Assembly: GCA_030867685.1 (NCBI GenBank)
Contig: JAQOWU010000008.1
Span: forward strand, 2,232,001 to 2,296,000
DNA length: 64,000 nucleotides
Direction: 5' to 3'
Origin: Wickerhamiella versatilis
Taxonomy: Eukaryota
Position numbers and translations under genes: made by a program. Positions 40,111 through 49,700 of this stretch are shown piece after piece. A model generated the notes under the pieces. That model did no database searches, was not told the DNA's origin, and worked only from the letters and a program-made list of their open reading frames with translations. Positions within the stretch are counted from its first letter, which is position 1; each line of letters opens with the position of its first letter.

Positions 40111-40136
40111 CTGGTTGCTCTTACGTAATAGTTAGC

Positions 40137-41309
40137 ATGACCTCGCTTGTCGTGTTAAGCCTGCCAACTAGCGCGGCTCCGGGCACTATGGGAGAGCCAG
40201 AAACTCGTGTGAAGAACTGGATAGATAAGGAGGTTGGTAGTAAATATGGTGTCTCATCAGTCGTACTTCCTGACCTCAAAATCGGAACTCTTGATAGTCT
40301 GGTGCAGCAGTCCGAGGTTGTGAGCGGCTTGGACAATCAATTACAGCAAATGGTTAATAAAACACATGATGCTATATCGCAGTTTTATGAGGGAGACGAA
40401 GCCAAGACTTCTCGGGCAGAACTGATAAATGGTAGGCCTGCCTGGCAATATCTGCAGCAATTTGGATGGAATACTGCGAAGTATCGGCCAGACAGGCCAA
40501 TTCCAAAGATACTTGCTGCAATCTCAGAGGAGGCAAATTCAGCTGATGCCGATTTGAAGGTGAAAACGAATATGCTAAGTCAAGCAAAAGCAGGAGTTGC
40601 TAACTTGGATAGAAGAGCAACTGGCGACCTCACGGTACGTTCTTTAGATTCAGTTGTGAAGAAGAGTGACGTTGTTCTAGATTCAGAGTATCTCCAATCC
40701 GTGTTGGTAGTCGTGCCTAATTCCCAAGTTCGTGACTTCACTGAGATATACGAGACACTGGTGCCTATGGTGGTACCACGATCAGCACACAAAATCACAG
40801 GAGATAGCGAGTTTACTCTTTTTTCTATTACAGTGTTCCGAAAACATGCCAGTGATTTTGAGAATAAAGCGCGAGAACGCAAATGGTTCCCAAGGGATCT
40901 GAGCCTGGGAGATAAGACTAGGGATCCAGATGCGTTGAAAAAGGAGGATGAATTAAGATCCAGCGAACGTGAGCTTCGTGTTACGGTGGAAAAGCTTGCT
41001 GCAGCAACTTTTTCAGATCTTGTGAAAGCTTGGGGCCATATCAAGATTATCAGACTTTTTGTTGAGAGTGTCTTACGTTACGGACTACCCCCTTCATATA
41101 TTACTGCTGCATTTGTGCCAAAGGGCTCTGTGGCTAAAGCGGAATTGACTTTGATATCCCAATTCGGATTCCTAGGTGGTAATGCTGTTGCTAAGGACAA
41201 GAGAGGTCGTATAGTGGGAGACGGCGATCTTGGTGAGTATAGTGCGCTTGTTGAACATGATTACAGGCCATTTGCTGTTTTTGTGTCGCTATTGCCTGGA
41301 GGAGAGTAA
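40137..41309 (+). CDS. VMA5: V-ATPase V1 subunit C
   Basis: PDLKIGTLDSLV, WNTAKY, SEYLQSVLVVVP, MVVPRSA, RLFVESVLRYGLPP. Confidence 0.96.
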   Translation: MTSLVVLSLPTSAAPGTMGEPETRVKNWIDKEVGSKYGVSSVVLPDLKIGTLDSLVQQSEVVSGLDNQLQQMVNKTHDAISQFYEGDEAKTSRAELINGRPAWQYLQQFGWNTAKYRPDRPIPKILAAISEEANSADADLKVKTNMLSQAKAGVANLDRRATGDLTVRSLDSVVKKSDVVLDSEYLQSVLVVVPNSQVRDFTEIYETLVPMVVPRSAHKITGDSEFTLFSITVFRKHASDFENKARERKWFPRDLSLGDKTRDPDALKKEDELRSSERELRVTVEKLAAATFSDLVKAWGHIKIIRLFVESVLRYGLPPSYITAAFVPKGSVAKAELTLISQFGFLGGNAVAKDKRGRIVGDGDLGEYSALVEHDYRPFAVFVSLLPGGE

Positions 41310-41466
41310 TTAAGTTCTAGCTTCTTTATATTCAGTGTTAATACGCCATTGTGAGGCTGAAAATCCCAGCTTTTAAGAATAGGAGTGTTTAAAATTTATT
41401 TCAGTAATCCCTCAACACAATAAGAGCTTGATAGATCGGTCTCCATACTAGTGCAGTTGCTTACCT

Positions 41467-41919
41467 ATGCGGCGACGTAGGGGGGTCATGAATGCTGTGC
41501 CTGATGAACAGGAACAAGAAGAAATCATATCTCGTTTTGAGCAGAAGGCCCATTTTCAACAAGTTATGTGGCGTACAATATTCACATGTATTGTTCTTGT
41601 TCCCACCCCTGCATACATATTTTTGCCGTACTGTCGTCGGCATGCAAAACTATCACTACTAGCTCTAGTCTCTACCGTGACGAGTGCGTACAGTGTTTAT
41701 TACTCTAAGGCATTTATGGGCCGAATTAATCTCGTCCTTGGTTTCCTCATAGCCGTGCAAGGACTCTTTAGAAATTCGCATTGGCAAAATGAAGACTCTT
41801 TGTGGCTACTGTCTTTTATAACTGCCTTCACTGCCGTGCTATTCAATTATTGGCTTGATCAGGTTCAAATTGAGATATCAACTCTCAAATCAAAGCGATT
41901 TGAACTTAAAGGGGCGTAG
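41467..41919 (+). CDS. Hypothetical four-TM membrane protein
   Basis: DEQEQEEII motif, about four hydrophobic segments, ends LKSKRFELKGA. Confidence 0.65.
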   Translation: MRRRRGVMNAVPDEQEQEEIISRFEQKAHFQQVMWRTIFTCIVLVPTPAYIFLPYCRRHAKLSLLALVSTVTSAYSVYYSKAFMGRINLVLGFLIAVQGLFRNSHWQNEDSLWLLSFITAFTAVLFNYWLDQVQIEISTLKSKRFELKGA

Positions 41920-42308
41920 CATTTTCTTCACACCAACCCCCCACTCATAGTTTAAATTTGTTATTATTGCTAACTTGATATTTATCTTCTTTCTTTAAAT
42001 GTACAAGGCAATGTAGTCCACTTCTGACTGAGGCTCTAAATGGTTGAGGAATATCTATACATATTTGTCGTTCCACTACCAAGCTCATCGGTGAGGTAAG
42101 GGTATGCTGGCCCTGACCTATATTTGCCTGAGTATGGAGACATCGTAGTGTCATAGAGGATAAAAAAGACTTTTTAGAATTCCTTTAAGTCTTCTTTCCC
42201 CAATTAATATGAGCCTCTTATCTCAATTATGTCAAAATGGAATATGTGGACTGCGGTGTGGATTATATAATCGTAAATATTGAAGCGCGCGATAAACAAT
42301 CAGAAAAA

Positions 42309-43829
42309 ATGGAACGTGCGGCCAGTTCACCTGGTTCCAGTATAAGTGTCATTGCACGCTTCCGCCCTCTGGTTTCTATTGAGCAGGAATCAGCAGAATC
42401 AGTTCGCTTCATTTCTCCTAATACTTGTGAGATACTAGGTGAATCTGGTGCTCAACCTTTTAGCTTTGACCATATCTTTGGTCCTGACAGCACACAAAAG
42501 GAACTATTTGATACTGCAGTTAAGAATATTGTGGATGGAGTACTCCAGGGCTTTAATGGTGCGGTCTTGGCTTATGGACAAACTGGTGCAGGAAAGAGTC
42601 ACACAATGATGGGGGGTGTTGGGCAAAGCAGAGGCGCAACTCCAAGAATGCTGGAATACCTCTTCCAGAGCGCAAGGGATTGCGAGATTACAGTCTCCTA
42701 CCTTGAGATATACAAGGAAAAAATTCGGGATCTGTTAGAACCTTCCAGTGTAGACTTGAAATTGTGCGATAAGCCTGGTGGCGGTTTCGCAGTACGAGGA
42801 CTTCGTCAGGTTACGGTAAGTACTGCAGCTGAGGTATTCGAAGTTATGAAAGAAGGATCAGCAAATCGTAGCGTTGCTGCAACGAACATGAATCAGAACT
42901 CCAGCCGCAGCCACTCAATTTTCAGTGTTGAGATTCATCGTTTCGGTTTCCGTTCCCGTCTATTTCTTGTGGACCTGGCTGGGTCTGAGAAAGCGGCAAA
43001 GACTGGTGCGAGAGGCTTGGTTTTGGAAGAAGCTGCTATGATAAACAAGAGCCTCAGTACTCTCGGAATGGTCGTCAATGCCCTAGCTTCTAAGTCTGTA
43101 CATGTTCCTTATCGGGATTCAAAGCTTACCCGTATACTGCAAGATTCCTTAGGGGGGAATTCACGAACCTCATTAATCTTGTGCTGTTCCCCATCAGAAC
43201 TTCATGTGAGTGAGACTATTGGGAGCTTAAGATTTGGGCTCCGAGCCTCCACTGTTCGTCAACACCCTCGATCTAATATGGAGGTGGATTCTTTAGAGGG
43301 TGCAGTGAAAGAATTGCTGCAATGGCGTTCAGGGCAACGACCACCTGAAAGCATGTGGGTAGACATCGGCACCCTTCGGCGCGAACCAGCACGACCACCA
43401 TCTTCGCTTAAGCGGCGGTCAGCTGGAATTGCATTGGAAGCTCAAAAAAGTCGCAGTGAAGACACCGCTGGCTTACTTGCTGAAATGAAACGCCAGATGG
43501 AATCGAAAGGAAAGGATTTGGAGACAGCAAAGAAATGCCTGGAGGGACTAATAGATGCTGCTATCCTTACAGATACCTGCCAGTTGAAACATAATATCTG
43601 TCATGCCCGCGAAGAGTATGAAACATTGAAATCGCGGAACCATCGCTTGCGAAATTTACTCGCTGCTCAGAAAAAAGCTGCTACGCAACGAGGTGAAGAT
43701 GCTAGGAGCATAAGAGCGGAAGTGTCGAAGACGCTTGAGCAGGCAGAAGCTGACAAGATAGGTGCAGAATCATCCCTGGCGGGACTCGAACGTCGGCTAA
43801 CTTCTTTGGGCCCGAAACCAGTAGCATGA
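42309..43829 (+). CDS. Kinesin-1 (conventional kinesin)-type motor with short stalk; start ATG 42309 (or 42237)
   Basis: GQTGAGKS, NQNSSRSH, LVDLAGSE, HVPYRDSKLTRILQDSLGGNSRT, fungal neck WRSG..P...WV. Confidence 0.9.
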   Translation: MERAASSPGSSISVIARFRPLVSIEQESAESVRFISPNTCEILGESGAQPFSFDHIFGPDSTQKELFDTAVKNIVDGVLQGFNGAVLAYGQTGAGKSHTMMGGVGQSRGATPRMLEYLFQSARDCEITVSYLEIYKEKIRDLLEPSSVDLKLCDKPGGGFAVRGLRQVTVSTAAEVFEVMKEGSANRSVAATNMNQNSSRSHSIFSVEIHRFGFRSRLFLVDLAGSEKAAKTGARGLVLEEAAMINKSLSTLGMVVNALASKSVHVPYRDSKLTRILQDSLGGNSRTSLILCCSPSELHVSETIGSLRFGLRASTVRQHPRSNMEVDSLEGAVKELLQWRSGQRPPESMWVDIGTLRREPARPPSSLKRRSAGIALEAQKSRSEDTAGLLAEMKRQMESKGKDLETAKKCLEGLIDAAILTDTCQLKHNICHAREEYETLKSRNHRLRNLLAAQKKAATQRGEDARSIRAEVSKTLEQAEADKIGAESSLAGLERRLTSLGPKPVA

Positions 43830-43982
43830 AATTATGATACGACTATTTATTGCCCAGTAGTGTGCATCAATTTTTAATCTTTTATTTGCCACGTATGACT
43901 TTAATACTCATTAGTTCTCTTGACTTCAATATGGTGTTTCTACTTATGAAGTCCAGAAATAGCATTTTTTTTCTATATAATT

Positions 43983-44801
43983 TCATTCCAAAATTGCTTC
44001 GTTCTGATTGTCCAATTCAGTTTTGGCATTAGCACGGTCCCCATCTCGTAGACAGAGGACAGAACGCACGTCTGAGGTCTGTCGAAGGGCCTCAAGAAGA
44101 GGAAGTAAGTGAAGGAGTGACCGATCTGATGGGTCGGAAATCCAGCCTTCAATGCCAATAGCATTGTAACGTTGTAGAGCGTAGCTAGTAGGACTATTAT
44201 CAACAAGCACCACACGAGCAAGATCATCCCCTAGAACACTCAAATCCTTGATATAACTCTCACCATCCTTATCCTGAATGCAATCAGACCTATAGAATCT
44301 CTTGCAGAATATCCGCTTGCCTTGTTCGAGCCAGTCAATCATAGGGTCGGCATATGTCTGTAGCGAGGCTGTGAAAACAACAACATCATACCATTCGCTA
44401 ACCTTCTCGAGAAAGTAGTCACAAAAAGGCCTTTTGTCTACATAGTATACGGCAGTAACAACAGGCTGAGCGTCAGTCAGAAGCACCTCAACCATATGTG
44501 TCGATCCTAACCGTGGACGTGACATTGAATGGATCAGAGTCTCATCCAAATCTAGTACCAACGTCTTGCGCCCATTTTTAGAGAGTGAGATTGAATTTCG
44601 AGACGTACTGCGAGACGTCGAACGTCGCGTTTTGCTCGATGGTCGCTTCGAAAGATGAAGTGGTCTTTGCGGCTGTGAACGGAGGTTCCTTATAATGGGA
44701 ATATAAGAAATGATCCTAGAAATCCATCTCTGTAGACGCGATGGCTCCTGAATTGCTAGTATCCCGTCTAAACGCGATTCCAGGTAACCTAAACTGTTCA
44801 T
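43983..44801 (-). CDS. NEM1: CTD-family HAD phosphatase, catalytic subunit of Nem1-Spo7
   Basis: MNSL start, KTLVLDLDETLIHS, KRPFCDYFL, YADPMIDWLE, DNSP, GWISDPSD. Confidence 0.9.
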   Translation of the reverse strand: MNSLGYLESRLDGILAIQEPSRLQRWISRIISYIPIIRNLRSQPQRPLHLSKRPSSKTRRSTSRSTSRNSISLSKNGRKTLVLDLDETLIHSMSRPRLGSTHMVEVLLTDAQPVVTAVYYVDKRPFCDYFLEKVSEWYDVVVFTASLQTYADPMIDWLEQGKRIFCKRFYRSDCIQDKDGESYIKDLSVLGDDLARVVLVDNSPTSYALQRYNAIGIEGWISDPSDRSLLHLLPLLEALRQTSDVRSVLCLRDGDRANAKTELDNQNEAILE

Positions 44802-45385
44802 GCATGTGATAGATGACAAACAATATTAACGTGGGTGAACTTATAGCCGGCACCAGGCTCCAACTTTGGAATCATGGCAAAAAAGGTGCCAGTTTCTGAG
44901 GGCAATTGTACACCAATTGGCAGAAATGTTAGCCTCTTGCTGAGAAGGAACGTTTCATACCTATGTCTGACGACGAAGTCGCCTGCGTATGGTCTCGTAG
45001 TATGTATATACTGAGAACTACCTAGAAATATTATTGCACCACTTGTTGAGCCGATTCGGACCACTGCTCTTTGCACAGCTACAGGCAGCTTGCAGCTGTT
45101 CTATAATAAATTAAGGCTCAGTTTCCTGTAAAACTAAAGCCTGGTCCAGCCAAAGAGTGCTTGAAAGACGAAATGTTCCCGAGTAGTTCGGTTAAAATCT
45201 GAAATTCGAAGCTATAAGTCGTTGGAAAATAATTTAAAGGCGCCAAATGGTTTAGAATATACTCTAAAAACGCCAAATACTAGCAGCTCAATCTGCATGA
45301 AACAAGATAATACAACTTAACCTTATTATCTACATTCTTTTAAAGTGGATCTATTTCAATTCATCTGGTTTGCGATAAGTAACAA

Positions 45386-45586
45386 ATGCCCAATAATGCC
45401 TCTGTCCCGCTAATTTCAAAACCAGCAGCGCGGCCAGAAAACTACACACTCCTTCATTCCCCAGTAAAGTCATATGGAACTCTTGCCGAAACAGTACGCA
45501 GGCGCTCGGCTTTTAATTCCGTCCCACTGTCCTTAGATTTATCTGAATGCCAGTCGCCAATAATACCTGTGGTCTCGTCGTCTTAA
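45386..45586 (+). CDS. Possible small ORF (66 aa)
   Basis: ATG preceded by taaGTAACaa; sits in an otherwise empty gap; no recognised domain. Confidence 0.25.
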   Translation: MPNNASVPLISKPAARPENYTLLHSPVKSYGTLAETVRRRSAFNSVPLSLDLSECQSPIIPVVSSS

Positions 45587-45653
45587 CTTTTGAGCTATTT
45601 GAATAAGTGTATACTTATATATACATAAATCTCTTTCATATTCTCAATAGCTA

Positions 45654-45725
45654 TCAGCGATAGTTTAACGGTAAGAATTTCCGCCTGTCACGCGGGGGAT
45701 CCGGGTTCGATTCCCGGTCGCTGAG
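45654..45725 (+). tRNA. tRNA-Asp(GTC)
   Basis: Acceptor TCAGCGA/TCGCTGA, anticodon loop CTGTCAC, GTTCGATTC T-loop, T7 terminator at 45728. Confidence 0.97.
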
Positions 45726-45908
45726 CATTTTTTTGCCTTTTTGTACAACCGAATGACCGTGGTAGGGATTTTCTTTTTGAAGCTAAGGCTTTATTTAAAG
45801 AACTATTGTCCCTATTAAAAAGAGAAAAGTCGTCTAGCGAGCACAAGCGGTGAGAGACTTGACACTCTACCGTATGCAGTCGCTTACTAACGCATTATCT
45901 GCCTCACC

Positions 45909-46571
45909 ATGGATCTTCTTCAAATGGATATTATCCCTTTACCTGAAGAATCAGAGAAAGGGGTAGCCGAGATTGATTTTGGTGGACTTTTAAAAGATCC
46001 GCTTAAGATTGAGGTGGATGGTGGAGAAGCTGGGTGCGGTGGTAAAATATGGCCCGCTGGTGATTTGCTAGGAAGATATCTTATTCGAAATTGTACATCG
46101 GAAGGTGCGCGGGTTTTGGAACTAGGTAGCGGAACGGGACTCTCTGGTCTAGCTTTGGCTAAGAAACAGAAGGATGCTACTGTTTGGCTAACTGACCAGG
46201 CACAAATGATACCATTAATGCAAGTAAATATTGCACTGAACAATCTAGGAGAAAGAGTTCATGCTACTGTGCTAGACTGGGGCTCGCAACTTGAACCACA
46301 ATTTAAAGATGTTGATCTTATACTTGCTGCAGACTGTGTTTATCTCGAAAAAGCATTTCCTCTCCTCGAAAAAACCCTGCTAGACTTGACGGCATCAAAA
46401 GATATACCCATATTGATGGCTTATAAACGACGTCGAAAGGCAGATCGCCTCTTTTTCAAAGCAATTCGTAAAAACTTCGTTGTGAACGAGATTCAAAACT
46501 TCCCTGAGTATGAGCAGTTCCACAGAGAAAGTGTTTTTCTATTCGAAATGCGAAATAAGCGTTATCAGTAA
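45909..46571 (+). CDS. EFM6: Protein-lysine methyltransferase (METTL21 family, eEF1A)
   Basis: GCGGKIWPAG, VLELGSGTG, LDWG, LAADCVYLE, YKRRRKAD. Confidence 0.88.
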   Translation: MDLLQMDIIPLPEESEKGVAEIDFGGLLKDPLKIEVDGGEAGCGGKIWPAGDLLGRYLIRNCTSEGARVLELGSGTGLSGLALAKKQKDATVWLTDQAQMIPLMQVNIALNNLGERVHATVLDWGSQLEPQFKDVDLILAADCVYLEKAFPLLEKTLLDLTASKDIPILMAYKRRRKADRLFFKAIRKNFVVNEIQNFPEYEQFHRESVFLFEMRNKRYQ

Positions 46572-46708
46572 TTTTCATGAAATGATGTATATATATTCTG
46601 AGAGAATTCTTGTTAAATGCATAGACTATTGTAAATATTTTCATAGAGAAGACTCTATCTATTGCAATGAACTGGGCGCGTGCGTAGTCACGGTCTGTAA
46701 GCATTCGG

Positions 46709-49700
46709 TTGGCGGAGCGTAGGGAGCGCCTTTGGGCAGCTACCAATAGCATTCAGAGCGACTCAGATGCTGCAAATGTTGTTTTTCAGGCGTTTGAATT
46801 TCTGAGGGAGGGTAGAATGGAGGCCGAAGTTCCATTGCGTGAGGTTTTCACGAAGTACGGAAATTTCGCGAAAATACGGGCCTTACGTGCCGCGATTACG
46901 GGTATTACCGGAGACCCGCAGCCCAAGGAACCTGTATGTGGAGTTTATAGCAATCTTTTTTTGCTACTAGCCTCCAACTCGGCGCATGTCCAGCATCTTT
47001 CTGTCGAAGAATGGTTCCAATTAACCACCTGGTGTGACAGCGTCCTAAAATACTTAAAGGAGATTTATCTATCTGATATTCTACAAGGTTTATCTTTTCT
47101 TCTTGAAGCCTCAGAGTCTGTCCATACTGGAGTAATGTACAAACTACTTAACACGCTTGAAGGTCTAGACTGCTACAGGACGGAGAATCCGTTATTGCCG
47201 TCAGCACTTCATTGCCTCCGCTTGATTGCTCATTATAATGTGGAGTACCCAAAGTGTGCAGAAATTGGTAGGCAGGCATTCAGCATAGGACGGGCGAGAA
47301 GCCCAGAGTTACGGAATGAGATAATTGCCCTAGCTTTCGATATTGGTGTGACCGAAAATAATTTCTCAACAATAGTTTCGAATATGGACTTTATCGACAC
47401 TCGTATGCTTGGATTTGATGGAGCCAATGTGTTCGTGAGTACTCCGTCACCGGCAATGAAGGCTACTCGTACTTTAGCTTCATTTATTTCGAAATCTGAC
47501 TTTCAGTTAGCAAAGAAGTCACGTGGATTAAGTAGGATTGTCCAACAGGTGCTCAAGCTTGAGCTACCCACTCAAGTGTTGTGCTTTGTGAAAACTGATG
47601 AAATTACGGAGGAAGATTTAGAACACTACCTGTCCAATGTAGATTTCTGGTCTTTGGTGTTTTTGGGAAGGTTCTTGAATAAGGCATCTAAAGGCCTTTT
47701 GCTAAAAGCATGGCGAGTTTCAATCGATTCGTTGACGTCATCACTGAGCTCCGCTGCTAGCTACTGTCTATCTCGAATAATTAAATATCTCTCATCTCCA
47801 GATAATGTGGACGAGCATGTGGTGTCACTTATCTCCACTCTTCTCCAGCAAATGGATGCGGCACCTATCTTATCTCCAGGCAGTGTAGAATTGTGGAAAA
47901 TTTTGAATGAGCTTGGTTTGCTGAATGCAAAATTCCACTCATTGAAAAAGGCACGCTTGAATCATTGGTCTTTAACGCAGTTAAAACTTCATGCAAAGGA
48001 AGGACCAACTGCTTTGGCTGTTGTTCCAGTGGAACATTGGCCCCAGTCATTAGATGCTCCCAGGACCCCAAGAGCTGCCCTTTGGCAGCTTTCTATGGCT
48101 GTTTCTTCCTCCCATGAAATAATAATGCCAAAGTGGCCCGCAGAACCTCCATCGTTGTCTGATATAGAACCACTTTGTACTCAAGATATGCTCTGTCTTG
48201 TTTGGTTTATAAGAAGACCGCATCTACCGCAATGGGCTCGAGACTCAGCGTTAAATCTTTGCCAAGATTGGTGGTTGAGCTCTGAATGTACTACTGAGGT
48301 CAAGCAAGCTATATCTGATATGTTAGTGCATAAAAGGTACCAAAATCCTGATTTGATTCACTACTTATCTAAAGTTCCTCCAGAGACTACATCTGAACAA
48401 GCCCAGAATGCCATACAGTTAGCTCCAGTGATTCTTGGATCGTATTGCTACCAGCGCGATCCTCACACTTTGAGTATTTTATGCCAATTTCTAGCTAAAG
48501 CCCCGCATACGCCAGAGCGCAAGCAACTTACTCAATATCTCCAGACTGTGACGGTCAAACAGTCGTCTTTCTCGCGACTAAGAAATGCTATTGCGCCCTG
48601 TCTTTCTCTCGAACCGCTATTACAACTTTTGAAGACGACAGCACCACGTATAACATTGACAATGATTCCAGCTTTTATCACGGAAGAAGATGCTTCAAAG
48701 CTTTTTAATATACTCGATCCTTCGATTCAGGAGCAGGCAGCAACGTTGCTGGCTGAAAGAGGTGCCTCTAAATCTGAAATGGCAGCAAGGCTTGTTGAGC
48801 TAGGAGCTATTTCGCCTTTAAATCTTTCGACGTTTGTGTTTGCATGGTATAGAGGGGACATTGATAAATTTCCATTCACGCTATTTCATTCAGATAGTGT
48901 CGAATGGAAGCATTCGCTGAGAGGTCGTAAAACGGCAATTTGGACTGATGACACCGATGAGGACTGGAATATTGTTCGTATGGTAAGAGGTTTCTCGCCG
49001 GAAGACACCCGTATACCATGCGACTTTTGTCGCTTCCCATTGAAAATTCTTTCTATAGAGCAAGCTACAATGGTGACTGAGATCATACTATCCGAATGTG
49101 TAGGATGCTCACCAGATGAGCGAAGCTTAGCTATTTCACAAGCACACTATGTCATTTCTATCGCAGACTCTGATCTCGGAAGACGCACGCTACTACGAGG
49201 TGCATGTATAGCAGGATGCGCAACTACTCAACTGAAACAAATGATATCTACTATGTTTCCTGAAAGAGACTCATGCCTGGCTCTTGAGATTTTAGGCTGT
49301 GTGCCTATCGAACTAGAGTCTTTTGTTCTTGGGAAAGTTAGTGGAGAGGAGCACCATGCTATGAAAGCATTGATATCTCATAACACGCTATATGTCCAGC
49401 AAAATTTGGAGTATTTTTTTGACGCCATTCATCAAAGGCTTGTTCGTGGAACGTCCTCTTTAGTATTTCAACATCTCATGGAAATGTCATCCACTCTTAA
49501 TCCAGTCTCCGTTGACCTAGAAAGGGCAATAGAATGGACGCGTAGGCATAGATGTCATGATGGATGGTACTCACTTCTAGGGAGAATGCAGGCCGTAGCG
49601 AAGCCTAGAACCGCGCTTCCTATAAGGCTATGGACTGAGGAACTCCGAGATCTATGGGATCATGAGGACTATGGTACTAGACGTACTCTGATGCCATTTG

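Noticed and set aside
44798-45076. 92-aa ORF upstream of NEM1
   Set aside because: GTG start and no motifs; Nem1 already begins with its typical MNSL at 44801
45872-45908. GTATGC plus perfect TACTAAC upstream of EFM6 as an intron
   Set aside because: No AG between the branch point and the ATG, and donor-branch spacing is too short; better read as TTACTAA
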